In this document: one piece after another, positions 1 to 9,740 of the stretch
Numbering within the stretch: position 1 is the stretch's first letter
Layout: the number at the start of each line of letters is the position of its first letter
NCBI GenBank assembly: GCA_033851955.1
Contig: JAWSVK010000018.1
Span: 1 to 64,000 of the forward strand
Source: Marinosulfonomonas sp.
Lineage (GTDB): Bacteria; Pseudomonadota; Alphaproteobacteria; Rhodobacterales; Rhodobacteraceae
DNA: 64,000 nt
Direction: 5' to 3'
The notes under the pieces: model-generated
Databases searched by the model: none
The model's input: the letters and a program-made list of their open reading frames with translations, nothing else
Told to the model about the DNA's origin: nothing
Translations under genes and position numbers: made by a program

Positions 1-58
1 GAAATCTTGCGACCACCTCTGTAGGCTTGAAAGTCTTCTAGCTTAGGCATGGGTGGGT

Positions 59-2620
59 CTATAGTCTTGGATCAACTGGTTCACTCTCAAGAGCCAGTAC
101 GGCCAACGCGCATTCATGCACCTTTGATAGTGGCAAGCCCTCAACGAACCGATGCAACCCCTCAAAGCCCAGTTTGAACTCACGTTCCGCCAATGAAAAC
201 TTCCTTCCTAAGCCGCGTTGCCGCAGCCGTTCGATATTCTCAGGTAGATCATAGTCAGGACCATAGATGATGCGGAGGTAGTCGCGTCCACGCACCTTCA
301 TCGCAGGTTGGATCATGCCCTTGCTTCCGTGAACCAAGAAATCGGTTGGCTTGAAGACCAGCCCTTCGCCACCTTTGGATGTGTGATCGAGCCACCACTC
401 AACAACCACTTCCCGTTGTGCGGGATCATCGAGATTGATCTGCTTCCAACCGGTTGCCTGAAGGATCGGATCATTGTCAGCCAGTTTCGAGATCGTCTCC
501 ATGTGCCAAGTGTGGGGCTTGCCTGAGTGAACATGGCCTTCACTCGCCAGAATGTGGAATGGTGCAATACGATAGTCATCGATACTATCAGCTTGCCAGC
601 AATACCCATCAATCGTTTTACCCATCAAACGTGCGTTCAACAGCCTGATCTCGGCTTTGGCTTTCAACTCGGACAGATCATCTATTTCGCCTTTACGACT
701 CAATGCATCAATCAACGCGGCGGCGGAATGTTCAGCAGCAGCCACCGTGGGAAAGTACTGACGTTTTAGCAGGTCTTGGGCTTTGGCGGACCAAGGCATT
801 AATTCTGCGTCTAGCAGCACCCAGTCAGTTCCCAATTCATCCCAAAGGCCTGAAGACTGCATAGCTGTCGCCACACGATCAACCACAGCAGCCTCTGATG
901 TTTCATCCTTGAAGAACGGTCGCCCTGTTCTAGTGAAGATGACACCTGCTTTGCCATCTTCGACACCAAAGCGAACCTGAGCGGCCACAGCACTTTTGGC
1001 GACAACCAATAACGCCCGTGATCCCATGTGTTTCTCTTCGACAACAAGATCGGTCACACCACGACCAGCATAGTGATCCATGGCCTGCTCTGGCCGTTCC
1101 AGGAACGGTCCCTCAGATGCCGTTGGACACGCCGCCATGGTCGGTGGCAGGTATATCAACCAACGCGGATCGACCGCGAAGCGACTCATTACCTCAAGAG
1201 CAGCCAGGCTGTTCTCTTCAGGGATTTGGATCGTTGATTTGAACCGAGTCTCGATCCGCATTTTCGTCGCATAGTCATCGAAATACAAAAGCTTGTCGTG
1301 GTCTTGCTGTGCGGTCAGAGACTGACCCGCATCGAGAGGCTTGGCAGGGATTGCGTATTGCTGTTTCGCAGGGACCGACACCGTTTCCCGTTCAGGCCAA
1401 CGTAGCGCAGTCAGCTTGCCGCCAAAGACGCAGCCAGTATCAATACACATCGTTTGGTTCAGCCATTCAACATTAGCCATAGGCGTGTGGCCAAAGACAA
1501 CATCGGCCTTACCACGGTAATCTCTTGCCCATTCAAGGCGCACAGGAAGACCGAACTCATCCACTTCACCTGTCGTCTCTCCGAACATGGCGAAGTTGCG
1601 AACATAGCCAGACCCGCGACCGTGCATCTCTTCCTTCAGCCCAGCATGTGCGATGACCAGTTTTCCATCGGCAAGCCAGGCGTGGGACCGCAAGTCCCAG
1701 ATGAAGTCACTGGCCTGCTTGCGGAATGCATCAGAAGTCTGTTCAAGCTCGGTCACCGTCAGATCAAGACCATGTGTTTGGGTGACGGACCTACCCTTCA
1801 GCCATTTGTTCAGCTTGAAGTCATGGTTGCCGACAACGCATCGACCTGATCCTTCATCACACATCCCCATAACCAGCCGCAGTGCATTGAGGTTTTTGGG
1901 GCCACGGTCCGTGATGTCACCGACGAAGAACGCGATACGTCCCTCAGGGTGCCTTGCACAAATAAGGTCTTCCGACCCATCTTCATACGGATCGATCTGA
2001 TATCCCAAATTGCCCAGCAGTTTGGTCAATTCATCAAAGCACCCGTGGATGTCACCAATGATATCGAACGGGCCGTGATCTTGGCGGTTGTCGGTCCATA
2101 ACGGCTGACGTTCGATCTGAAGTGCGTCCACCTCTTCTGGAGACTTCATGATGTGAACGTTACGAAAGCCTTCCTTCTGCAAGCCACGCAGCCCCCTACG
2201 TAGGGCTTTAGCGTGGTTTCGAATGACATGCTCACCAAAGTCACGGTTTGAACGCTGTTGGTTGCGTTCATGACAAATCTTTGGGTCGATATCCAACACC
2301 AGTGCAACTGGCAAAGCGTGATACTTTCGAGCAAGTTGGATCAGCTTGGCCCGATCTTCGCGTTTCACCGATGTTGCATCGATGACAGTCAGCAACCGCC
2401 GTTTCAGACGGATGGAGGCGGTGTAGCTCAACAAGTCAAACGCATCGCCCGTGGCGGCCAGATCGGTTTCATTGTCGGACACCAAAGCACGGCAATGGTC
2501 CGAGGAAACGATCTCGGTTTCAAGGAAATGTTTACTGGCAAAGCTCGACTTACCTGAGCCAGTTGAGCCGATCAGAACAACAAGGGCGAAGTCGGGAATG
2601 GTTATCTGTAGATCGGTCAT
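59..2620 (-). CDS. pnkp: Polynucleotide kinase-phosphatase Pnkp (5'-kinase / 2',3'-phosphatase / adenylyltransferase-ligase; RNA repair)
   Basis: N-terminal P-loop kinase motif (GSTGSGKSS). Central calcineurin-like metallophosphatase motifs (GDIHGC, GDITDRG, GNHD). C-terminal ligase-like nucleotidyltransferase domain. Likely start at the internal Met (MTDLQ), whose ATG overlaps the upstream gene's TGA (ATGA). Confidence 0.85.
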   Translation of the reverse strand: MTDLQITIPDFALVVLIGSTGSGKSSFASKHFLETEIVSSDHCRALVSDNETDLAATGDAFDLLSYTASIRLKRRLLTVIDATSVKREDRAKLIQLARKYHALPVALVLDIDPKICHERNQQRSNRDFGEHVIRNHAKALRRGLRGLQKEGFRNVHIMKSPEEVDALQIERQPLWTDNRQDHGPFDIIGDIHGCFDELTKLLGNLGYQIDPYEDGSEDLICARHPEGRIAFFVGDITDRGPKNLNALRLVMGMCDEGSGRCVVGNHDFKLNKWLKGRSVTQTHGLDLTVTELEQTSDAFRKQASDFIWDLRSHAWLADGKLVIAHAGLKEEMHGRGSGYVRNFAMFGETTGEVDEFGLPVRLEWARDYRGKADVVFGHTPMANVEWLNQTMCIDTGCVFGGKLTALRWPERETVSVPAKQQYAIPAKPLDAGQSLTAQQDHDKLLYFDDYATKMRIETRFKSTIQIPEENSLAALEVMSRFAVDPRWLIYLPPTMAACPTASEGPFLERPEQAMDHYAGRGVTDLVVEEKHMGSRALLVVAKSAVAAQVRFGVEDGKAGVIFTRTGRPFFKDETSEAAVVDRVATAMQSSGLWDELGTDWVLLDAELMPWSAKAQDLLKRQYFPTVAAAEHSAAALIDALSRKGEIDDLSELKAKAEIRLLNARLMGKTIDGYCWQADSIDDYRIAPFHILASEGHVHSGKPHTWHMETISKLADNDPILQATGWKQINLDDPAQREVVVEWWLDHTSKGGEGLVFKPTDFLVHGSKGMIQPAMKVRGRDYLRIIYGPDYDLPENIERLRQRGLGRKFSLAEREFKLGFEGLHRFVEGLPLSKVHECALAVLALESEPVDPRL

Positions 2621-3201
2621 GACTTCCATTTTCTCAATTCTGATGCCGCCGCTGTCAGCAGGGATTTTGGGCCAAGTTCTTCCGCCGAGTAGTCGTATGC
2701 AATCGCCTCAAAGACAGAGTCATGAAAGGCAATCGCGAAATGGCGATACCCGTCGAACAAGCTGTCAGAGTGGCGCTGATGAATACGATTTGCGTGACAG
2801 AAATCGCGGATAGCATGAGACTCGATAACTTCTTTGGCGGTGTAAGGGTACAACCCCAACCGACTGAGTGGGTGAGCACCAATCGCTTCTTCGTTCGGTG
2901 GCCCGAGTCGATGCCAAAGAACATGATTGAAACGTATGACAGCCGTAGGTTCTCCCTCACTGCTGACTTCCACCATCCTGACAGACGTACCATCCCAATC
3001 AGGGTCATGTGTTCGCAAGTAGTAAAAGAGGCTCACGCTGTGTTCGTCGGCCAACACAAATGGCATTGGAGCACCACCTGCCATCGATGGTACGCCAGTC
3101 ATGTCTATGAGTGCTTCTATTGACGAATGTTCTTCGTCAGCACCCGAGTTGGGGGCATGATCTAACCGTTGCTGGCCAAATAGAGTTTTCCAAAGAGACA
3201 A
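2617..3201 (-). CDS. Hypothetical protein embedded in the Pnkp/Hen1 cassette (194 aa; probably a TTG start with an AAGGGGG RBS 8 nt upstream)
   Basis: ORF abuts the NTase stop codon and overlaps the pnkp start (ATGA). No recognisable motif. Operon context only. Confidence 0.5.
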   Translation of the reverse strand: MSLWKTLFGQQRLDHAPNSGADEEHSSIEALIDMTGVPSMAGGAPMPFVLADEHSVSLFYYLRTHDPDWDGTSVRMVEVSSEGEPTAVIRFNHVLWHRLGPPNEEAIGAHPLSRLGLYPYTAKEVIESHAIRDFCHANRIHQRHSDSLFDGYRHFAIAFHDSVFEAIAYDYSAEELGPKSLLTAAASELRKWKS

Positions 3202-4008
3202 TTATAATGCCCCCTTAACTATCTGCCGCAACAAGTTGTCGCCTTCAGCCATCAAGTCAGGTCGTTCTTCCTTCTTTGCCACAACAGTTGCCCATGCCAT
3301 CTGATCTTGGATGAAGGTGTCGATCATCGCGATACGCTCACCACGACCAATCTCCTTGGCTTTGCTTTTCAGTACCAACAACTCATCGATATGGATGATG
3401 AGATCGGGTGGTAAGTTTTGGCCTGCGACCAGATCGTGCAAGTTCATTGGCGGCGGTGTACCAGGTATCTGCCTGATCCATGAGATCGCCAAAGCGGGTC
3501 TCAGGATATAGAAATACTTCTTGAAGCTGACCTCTTGGCTATCACCAACGTGCTTATCCCACTGCTTTTGGGCAAGGTTCCGATAGTGGTGCAGGCACGA
3601 TTCACCATAGGTCGTCTTGGCCGCAAACTCGGTGAGTTGAGCGCACAGGTCATCGTTCCACCTGTAGCGAATAGGGCTGGACAGCCATTCCAACATGACG
3701 GGATTAGGCTTGATCAGCAGACCAAGGGCTTTGCGAATATCCCAGCCGTTGATATCCCAGTCTCCTTCAATAGGCAGTTCGATGACATCGCGACCTGGCT
3801 CAATGCTCATGTACCAATCTGGTTGATGCGCATAGATGAAACGCACATCGTAATCGCTGTCAGGCGACGGAAAGCCCCATGCACGGCTACCGCTTTCAAT
3901 GGCAAACAGTACCCTTACACCGTGTTCTACCTCCAAGGCAGTCAGCTTGGATTGGATCACATATTCGATCTCTGGTGAGATGCTGGGTACGAAGGATGGC
4001 AGTTTCAT
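3202..4008 (-). CDS. Pol-beta superfamily nucleotidyltransferase (RNA-repair-associated NTase)
   Basis: hG[GS] and DxD signature in ESGSRAWGF...DSDYDVRF near the N-terminus. The start ATG overlaps the hen1 stop (ATGA). Confidence 0.7.
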   Translation of the reverse strand: MKLPSFVPSISPEIEYVIQSKLTALEVEHGVRVLFAIESGSRAWGFPSPDSDYDVRFIYAHQPDWYMSIEPGRDVIELPIEGDWDINGWDIRKALGLLIKPNPVMLEWLSSPIRYRWNDDLCAQLTEFAAKTTYGESCLHHYRNLAQKQWDKHVGDSQEVSFKKYFYILRPALAISWIRQIPGTPPPMNLHDLVAGQNLPPDLIIHIDELLVLKSKAKEIGRGERIAMIDTFIQDQMAWATVVAKKEERPDLMAEGDNLLRQIVKGAL

Positions 4009-5414
4009 GATGCATCTCCCAAAGTGAAGATGGCCATTTGGGATGGTCCGCCATGGATTTCATCAACAGGACCAAGAGCGGCAAATTCCGCAGTATACCC
4101 GTGTTCATCAGCGACGTGTGTTGCCCACTCTTCAAACTCGGCCCGCGTCCACTCAAAGCGATGGTCAGGGTGACGCAGTTGGTTTTCCTTCATCGTCTCA
4201 AACAAAACGTTGTATTCACGGTTCGGCGTCGTAATCACGACCATATTCGGACGGGCGTCGGCAAAGAGTGACATTACCAAGGCTGACAGCCTGTGTGGCT
4301 CGATGTGTTCGATGACCTCGACAAGCGTTGCCGCATCGAAGCCCTTCCACCGACGATCACCATAGGTGAGGCTGCCCATTTGCAACGTCACACGTTCAGA
4401 CATGGCATCAACCGCCTGATGAAGACGCAATTTACGGTGAGCGGTTTCCAAGGTGCGCACAGATGGATCAACGCCGACGATCCGATCAATACCGCGTTCT
4501 TTGGTCAGCCGAGAGATCAGCTTCCCTTCGCCGCAGCCAAGGTCGAGAACAGATTTCACATTCTTCTGCCGCAGGGCATCAGCAACGGCATCCAAACGGA
4601 TGTCATGTAGCCGTAGGGGCTTTTCCAGTTGTTCTTCCGGCTTCAGTTTCGGGATCTCTTCGTCGTCATCTACGACTGCGGAATCCTCCAGCCGAGCCAA
4701 AGCCATGTTCGTCAACGACCGCCGATGCTTCAATGCACGACGGGTGATCAACTCCTTAGCTGGGTGGTTCGCCAGCCAGCCCTCACCCTTGGCAAGCAGT
4801 TTGTCTATTTCTTCTTGTGCAACGAAGTAGTGCTTGAAGTTGTCCATCACAGGAATCAGCACGTATAAATGGTTCAGAATATCGCCCAACCGCAACTTCG
4901 CGGACAGGCGCAGATCAATCACTGCAAGATCATCAACGTCGTCAGTTGAATGGATCACGTACCCCAGTGGTTCGAACAGCGACTTCAGCAGTTCTAGATC
5001 GCCTGACAATGCAACGGGAAGGACGCGGATTTCAAAGTCTAAAAGTTGATCAGCCAATTCCTGACGATCCTTGGACTTGCCTGCCATCGTCTGAGAAAAT
5101 GACCGAACAAGCGCCACCGACAGGAAAGAGTTTGCCACAAAGGGGCGATCATTCACGTACTGAGCCAGAAGCCCGTCGGACTGCTGGTTCTTGCCGCGAA
5201 CCAACCCAATTGGATCGACTTCGAGATGCAATACCGCAGTCGTGCATTCGTCTGAAACCTCAGGGTAGAATATCGTCACATCACCCGCAGATGTCTTCTT
5301 GGTATGAACATGATCTGGATGTTTATGCAGTAGAAAGCCGAGATCACGGGCGGAATAGTCCACGCCATTTTTTGCCAACAATGTAATCTCGATTTGCATA
5401 ATACTCGGCCTCAA
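4005..5414 (-). CDS. hen1: Hen1 RNA 3'-terminal ribose 2'-O-methyltransferase (bacterial Hen1)
   Basis: C-terminal Rossmann SAM-binding motif VLDLGCGEGKL. N-terminal domain typical of bacterial Hen1. First gene of the cassette. Confidence 0.85.
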   Translation of the reverse strand: MRPSIMQIEITLLAKNGVDYSARDLGFLLHKHPDHVHTKKTSAGDVTIFYPEVSDECTTAVLHLEVDPIGLVRGKNQQSDGLLAQYVNDRPFVANSFLSVALVRSFSQTMAGKSKDRQELADQLLDFEIRVLPVALSGDLELLKSLFEPLGYVIHSTDDVDDLAVIDLRLSAKLRLGDILNHLYVLIPVMDNFKHYFVAQEEIDKLLAKGEGWLANHPAKELITRRALKHRRSLTNMALARLEDSAVVDDDEEIPKLKPEEQLEKPLRLHDIRLDAVADALRQKNVKSVLDLGCGEGKLISRLTKERGIDRIVGVDPSVRTLETAHRKLRLHQAVDAMSERVTLQMGSLTYGDRRWKGFDAATLVEVIEHIEPHRLSALVMSLFADARPNMVVITTPNREYNVLFETMKENQLRHPDHRFEWTRAEFEEWATHVADEHGYTAEFAALGPVDEIHGGPSQMAIFTLGDAS

Positions 5415-5592
5415 GGAATCTCGTTGGTTGCAGGACTATCAACGATAGGTGGTGCCAACAACATGGTATTGAAATGGTGTTTATATGAATGGTCTGTATT
5501 CACGCGACCTGTGTGATAGAAAATCATGATCTGGCGGTCAAACTTGAATATGAATTAGGACAAGCAGCATCAATCAAAGATTGATGGCAAAA

Positions 5593-5619
5593 GTTCGAAT
5601 TCCGATTGAGTATTCGAAC
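5593..5619. promoter_or_regulatory. Inverted repeat GTTCGAAT-N11-ATTCGAAC in the leader of the hen1 cassette
   Basis: Perfect 8-bp inverted arms read directly from the sequence, about 180 nt upstream of the hen1 start codon in a 540-bp AT-rich intergenic region. Confidence 0.3.
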
Positions 5620-5954
5620 CCAATGTGATGACGTTTGCTACAATAATATGCTACGATACCCCATATAATCATATCATAAACATCTGTTAATAATAGGGAA
5701 ATACGAGCTTTCGCAACTTCCCTTCGGCTCCGCCACTACACTGTTTCGCCAAGGTGTCTGATTTGCTCTAGGCAGAATGCTGGGAAACCGAGCTATATGT
5801 GGATTGATTGCCTCAATCATATGAACTAAATTCAAAATTGGATGCGCACAAAAAACCCCCGCTTGGCAAGACGGGCAAAAGGTCTGCATGCAGCTATGTG
5901 CCTATGCTCCATGTCAGAATGGCTGCAACTAGGTGGAATTGAGGGAGACATTTG

Positions 5955-7559
5955 ATGCTAGACGTCGGTGAATTTGACTACGTAATTGTCGGGGCCGGGT
6001 CTGCAGGATGTGTGCTTGCCAATCGCCTGAGCGAAGACCCCAAAAACCAAGTTTTGCTCCTAGAAGCTGGCGGCAACGACAATTACCACTGGATCCATAT
6101 TCCAGTCGGATATCTATATTGCATCGGCAACCCACGGACCGACTGGAGGTTTTCAACGGCTCCCATCGAAGGTTTGAACGGGCGAACGCTTTTGTACCCT
6201 CGAGGCCGTGTCCTTGGCGGATGTTCCTCCATAAACGGCATGCTTTACTTGCGGGGGCAGGCCGCGGATTATGACGGCTGGCAGCAGATGGGAAACACCG
6301 GTTGGGGTTGGGATGATGTGCTGCCATATTTTATGAAATCCGAGGACTATTTTAGTGGCAAAGATGATCACCACGGACAGGATGGTGAGTGGCGCGTTGA
6401 AGAGCAGCGCCTGAACTGGGAAATCCTCGAGGCATGGAAAGTGGCGGCCACCGAGGCTGGCATTCCCGAGACACACGACTTCAATCGTGGGGACAATTTC
6501 GGCGTCGGCTATTTCAAGGTGAACCAACGTTCAGGCTGGCGGTGGAGCACTTCAAAGGCGTTTCTGCGCCCTGCCAAAACACGGGCCAACCTGACTGTCA
6601 TGACCCATGCACAGGCCGAAAAAATATTGATATCCGACAAGCGCGCAACCGGCGTACAGTTCTTGCACAAGGGCAGCAAATCAAAGGTCAGTGCGCGGCG
6701 TGAAGTGATCTTAGCCTCCGGCGCAATTGGCTCACCTCAATTGCTGCAATTATCTGGCATCGGCCCCGGGGGCTTGCTGCAAAAACATGGCATCGACATT
6801 GTGCATGAGGCACCTGATGTTGGCGGCAATCTGCAGGACCACTTGCAAATCCGCTGTGCCTATAAAATTCAGGGCGCAAAAACGCTGAATACGATGGCCT
6901 CGACCCTGTGGGGCAAGGCCAAAATCGGGCTTGAATATGCCCTGAAACGTACCGGCCCGATGTCCATGGCCCCCAGTCAACTTGGGGCTTTTGCCTATTC
7001 GGATGACCGCATGGAAACCCCCGATTTGGAATACCACGTGCAACCCGTGACGCTCGAGGCATTTGGGCAAGATCCGCACAGCTTCCCAGCGATCACCGCC
7101 AGTGTCTGCCACTTGCGCCCCGAAAGCCGTGGCCATGTTCATATCACCTCACCTGACGCACAGGCACATCCTGAAATTCAGCCGAACTACCTGTCGACCG
7201 ACGGTGACCGCGCTGTGGCCGCCAGCGCAATCCGGCAAACCCGTAAGATCATGGATCAACCCGCCTTGGCGCCGTATATGCCCGAAGAATTCAAACCGGG
7301 GCCGCAACATCAATCAGAGGAAGAGCTGATAGACGGCGCTCGCCAAATCGCCTCAACGATTTTTCATCCGGTTGGTACGGCCCGCATGGGCACGGATGCG
7401 CAGGCTGTCGTTGATCCCCAATTGCGGGTCAATGGCATCAACAATCTGCGTGTCGTGGACGCATCAATCATGCCGAATATCACCTCGGGCAACACGAATT
7501 CCCCGACCATCATGATCGCTGAGCGCGCCAGCGACTTAATCCTGAAATCAGCGACTTAG
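5955..7559 (+). CDS. GMC family oxidoreductase (choline-dehydrogenase-like flavoprotein)
   Basis: N-terminal FAD-binding fold [24 protein letters not shown] signature regions. ATG at 5955 with a GAGGGAG RBS. The track's 5952 start is a TTG one codon earlier. Confidence 0.85.
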   Translation: MLDVGEFDYVIVGAGSAGCVLANRLSEDPKNQVLLLEAGGNDNYHWIHIPVGYLYCIGNPRTDWRFSTAPIEGLNGRTLLYPRGRVLGGCSSINGMLYLRGQAADYDGWQQMGNTGWGWDDVLPYFMKSEDYFSGKDDHHGQDGEWRVEEQRLNWEILEAWKVAATEAGIPETHDFNRGDNFGVGYFKVNQRSGWRWSTSKAFLRPAKTRANLTVMTHAQAEKILISDKRATGVQFLHKGSKSKVSARREVILASGAIGSPQLLQLSGIGPGGLLQKHGIDIVHEAPDVGGNLQDHLQIRCAYKIQGAKTLNTMASTLWGKAKIGLEYALKRTGPMSMAPSQLGAFAYSDDRMETPDLEYHVQPVTLEAFGQDPHSFPAITASVCHLRPESRGHVHITSPDAQAHPEIQPNYLSTDGDRAVAASAIRQTRKIMDQPALAPYMPEEFKPGPQHQSEEELIDGARQIASTIFHPVGTARMGTDAQAVVDPQLRVNGINNLRVVDASIMPNITSGNTNSPTIMIAERASDLILKSAT

Positions 7560-7604
7560 GTGACAGGCGGCTCCCCCTGTTATGAGCCCCAGCATAAACA
7601 ACAA

Positions 7605-7632
7605 AGGCCCCGCAGCGCCATGCCGCGGGGCC
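7605..7632. terminator. Bidirectional rho-independent terminator hairpin (AGGCCCCGC...GCGGGGCCT) with U-runs on both sides
   Basis: GC-rich stem flanked by AACAACAAA upstream and TTTGTCATT downstream. Lies between the convergent GMC gene and the 514-aa gene. Confidence 0.5.
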
Positions 7633-7686
7633 TTTGTCATTCAATCACGGTTGCCAAATCGCAGCGGCATCAAGCATAGATCGCGC

Positions 7687-9231
7687 CTAAACGGCACGCA
7701 AAGGTACAACATTACCGTTTGGCGAGGACCCAAACTCAGGGAGCGTCCCATCATGGATGGTGCTGAGCGCAAGCGCCCGTAACGCATCACGCTTCATCTC
7801 CATGATCCGGTAATAGGTTTCTTGCGAGCGGATCGGATATATCGCGTAATGCGTGGCGTCCCCACTGGCCACGCGCATCTGCTCAGCCCAAGGTTCAAAC
7901 TCGCGACGGCGTGCGACAAGTGGCTCGAATTGGAAGGCCGGATCGACCGAAAGATCAAACAACGCTGTAAGGTATTCAGCTTGGCGCGTCCGCTCGTGAT
8001 TGCCACCCAATGGAACAAAGACAAAGGCCTGACATACGTTGTCACCACCCTGCCCCTCGTCCTCATGCCCGGGCAACACCGGAAAATCCCAAACGAAATT
8101 GCGCAGAACCCAGGCCGTGCGATGGATCTGTTGCTGCTCTTTGCCCGTCATCATCACGGCGCGCCCGACCCCATGGCCAAAAGCACCGCCCAGACTGACC
8201 AAATCAATTAACAATGTGAAAAGCGCAAAAGGCAGGATGGTTGCGCGGCTGATGCCGACATCACGTCCCTTGTCCTCGTCGATCAGGATCGGAACGACCA
8301 TTGCGAACGCATCAAAAATCTTGACCTCGCGCCGCAACGGAGGCTGCATCGGCAAATCGACAACATCATGCGCGGCGGTCGCAATTTCGGCGAACAACGC
8401 TGCCAGTTCGGGGTCGGAGCAACCTCGCTGTTGGTTTTCAAAAAAGAAACCCGCGCCGCCATAACCGCGGGCCAAGGCATCCGCCTCTTGGGCGATAAGC
8501 AACCGATCGGGATTGGTCCGCAGCGCCCGCGCATCTGAAAACAACGTATTAACGACGCTCTGATCCTTGGCGGAAATCAACGCTCGCGCTGTCTTTTCTG
8601 CCGCCGTGCTCAGCACAGCTGCCCGACGCGCGATGCTGTTGGCAGCTTTCGCGCCCTCAGCCCGCATACGGGTCAACGGCCCAATTCCGCGTGCAGATAC
8701 CCCACAAGTGCCCCCCACTGCGGCTTCCCGAGTTGAGCGCTTTGCCGCAAGACGGTCAGCACGTGCCGCCGTCAACGCGACACCCGCCATGCCATCGGCT
8801 AACCCGTTGACCGGCTCTATTGTGGCGGAAAAAGCCGCATGGTTCATCAAGGCCTGAACCCCGTCGCGGTTGTTAAGATACAGCAGTGCAGTCGTTGCCG
8901 TTAGCACCGAAAGCGACGACATGACCAAGCCTCCAGCAATATAATGCCAGACACGCGGCGCAGGCAAAGCGGCCTGCGCACGCCGTAAATGTTTTTCACG
9001 GCTGCTGCGTCCTGCTTGCAACCAAAAACGGAATGCAAGAAGGGTCAAAAACAGTGTCGACACCGCAGACACAGCGATGCGGGATGACTCATTTAGGGAT
9101 GATCCCGTCAGCGAAAAGTAAATTCCACTGCCGCTCAAAACGGTCGAAAGGACCAAAGCGATCCCCCCGACCAGACCGGCGATTGAGACGCCGTTCGACA
9201 ACAATTTTGATATGGTTTGGGAGCGTTTCAT
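7687..9231 (-). CDS. Hypothetical membrane protein (514 aa; N-terminal TM helices, Ala-rich central region)
   Basis: Long ORF with hydrophobic N-terminal segments. No recognisable catalytic motif. Its start overlaps the upstream small gene's stop (ATGA), so the two form an operon. Confidence 0.5.
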   Translation of the reverse strand: MKRSQTISKLLSNGVSIAGLVGGIALVLSTVLSGSGIYFSLTGSSLNESSRIAVSAVSTLFLTLLAFRFWLQAGRSSREKHLRRAQAALPAPRVWHYIAGGLVMSSLSVLTATTALLYLNNRDGVQALMNHAAFSATIEPVNGLADGMAGVALTAARADRLAAKRSTREAAVGGTCGVSARGIGPLTRMRAEGAKAANSIARRAAVLSTAAEKTARALISAKDQSVVNTLFSDARALRTNPDRLLIAQEADALARGYGGAGFFFENQQRGCSDPELAALFAEIATAAHDVVDLPMQPPLRREVKIFDAFAMVVPILIDEDKGRDVGISRATILPFALFTLLIDLVSLGGAFGHGVGRAVMMTGKEQQQIHRTAWVLRNFVWDFPVLPGHEDEGQGGDNVCQAFVFVPLGGNHERTRQAEYLTALFDLSVDPAFQFEPLVARRREFEPWAEQMRVASGDATHYAIYPIRSQETYYRIMEMKRDALRALALSTIHDGTLPEFGSSPNGNVVPLRAV

Positions 9232-9740
9232 AGGGCTTCCTCCTGTTTGGTATTGGCATTAGGGGCCGCGACTGCGCCGCGCCCCCAGTTTTTCTTACAT
9301 TTCGCCCGTGTGAACTGGGGTTCGAAATCGAAACCGGCGGCGATGGCCATATCGATGCCTGTACACAGCCCCCAATGCGGCGCGCTGTCTTGCTTGATTG
9401 TTTCGCTTTCAACCAGCGCTGCCCCAACATTTGCACCGGTATAGATCATAACAAATGCCACCAATGGGATCACGATTAGCAGCGCCCATTTTCCCAAATT
9501 TCCTTTCTTTCCCTCTGGAAACAGGCCGGGTGGCAGATCTTCCGGTGCCTTGCTGGTCCATTTTGGCAACCAGTTACGTCGCACCGTTTCTTGGGGTTTT
9601 TTACGGGTCAGCACATATTGTTCTGACCACACTGCATTGCCGGGATTTTTCGTTTGGTGGGGAGCCGAAGAAATTTTCGTCGGACGTTGCGCCCGATGCG
9701 TATTTGGTCCACTCCCTGTTGGTTGTTTTTTCTTGGTCAT
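9228..9740 (-). CDS. Hypothetical small membrane protein (170 aa, basic N-terminus, one TM helix)
   Basis: ORF with a single hydrophobic segment (WALLIVIPLVAFVMIYTG). Translationally coupled to the downstream 514-aa gene. Confidence 0.45.
   Translation of the reverse strand: MTKKKQPTGSGPNTHRAQRPTKISSAPHQTKNPGNAVWSEQYVLTRKKPQETVRRNWLPKWTSKAPEDLPPGLFPEGKKGNLGKWALLIVIPLVAFVMIYTGANVGAALVESETIKQDSAPHWGLCTGIDMAIAAGFDFEPQFTRAKCKKNWGRGAVAAPNANTKQEEAL

Noticed and set aside
5415-5560. Sigma-54 (-24/-12) promoter upstream of hen1, by analogy with rtcBA/RtcR
   Set aside because: A GTGCCA element is present but the spacing to any TTGC does not fit TGGCAC-N5-TTGC. No enhancer-binding-protein gene is nearby.
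5674-5889. 71-aa minus-strand ORF in the hen1 leader
   Set aside because: Cys/His-rich low-complexity translation that would read through the terminator-like hairpin. No RBS.
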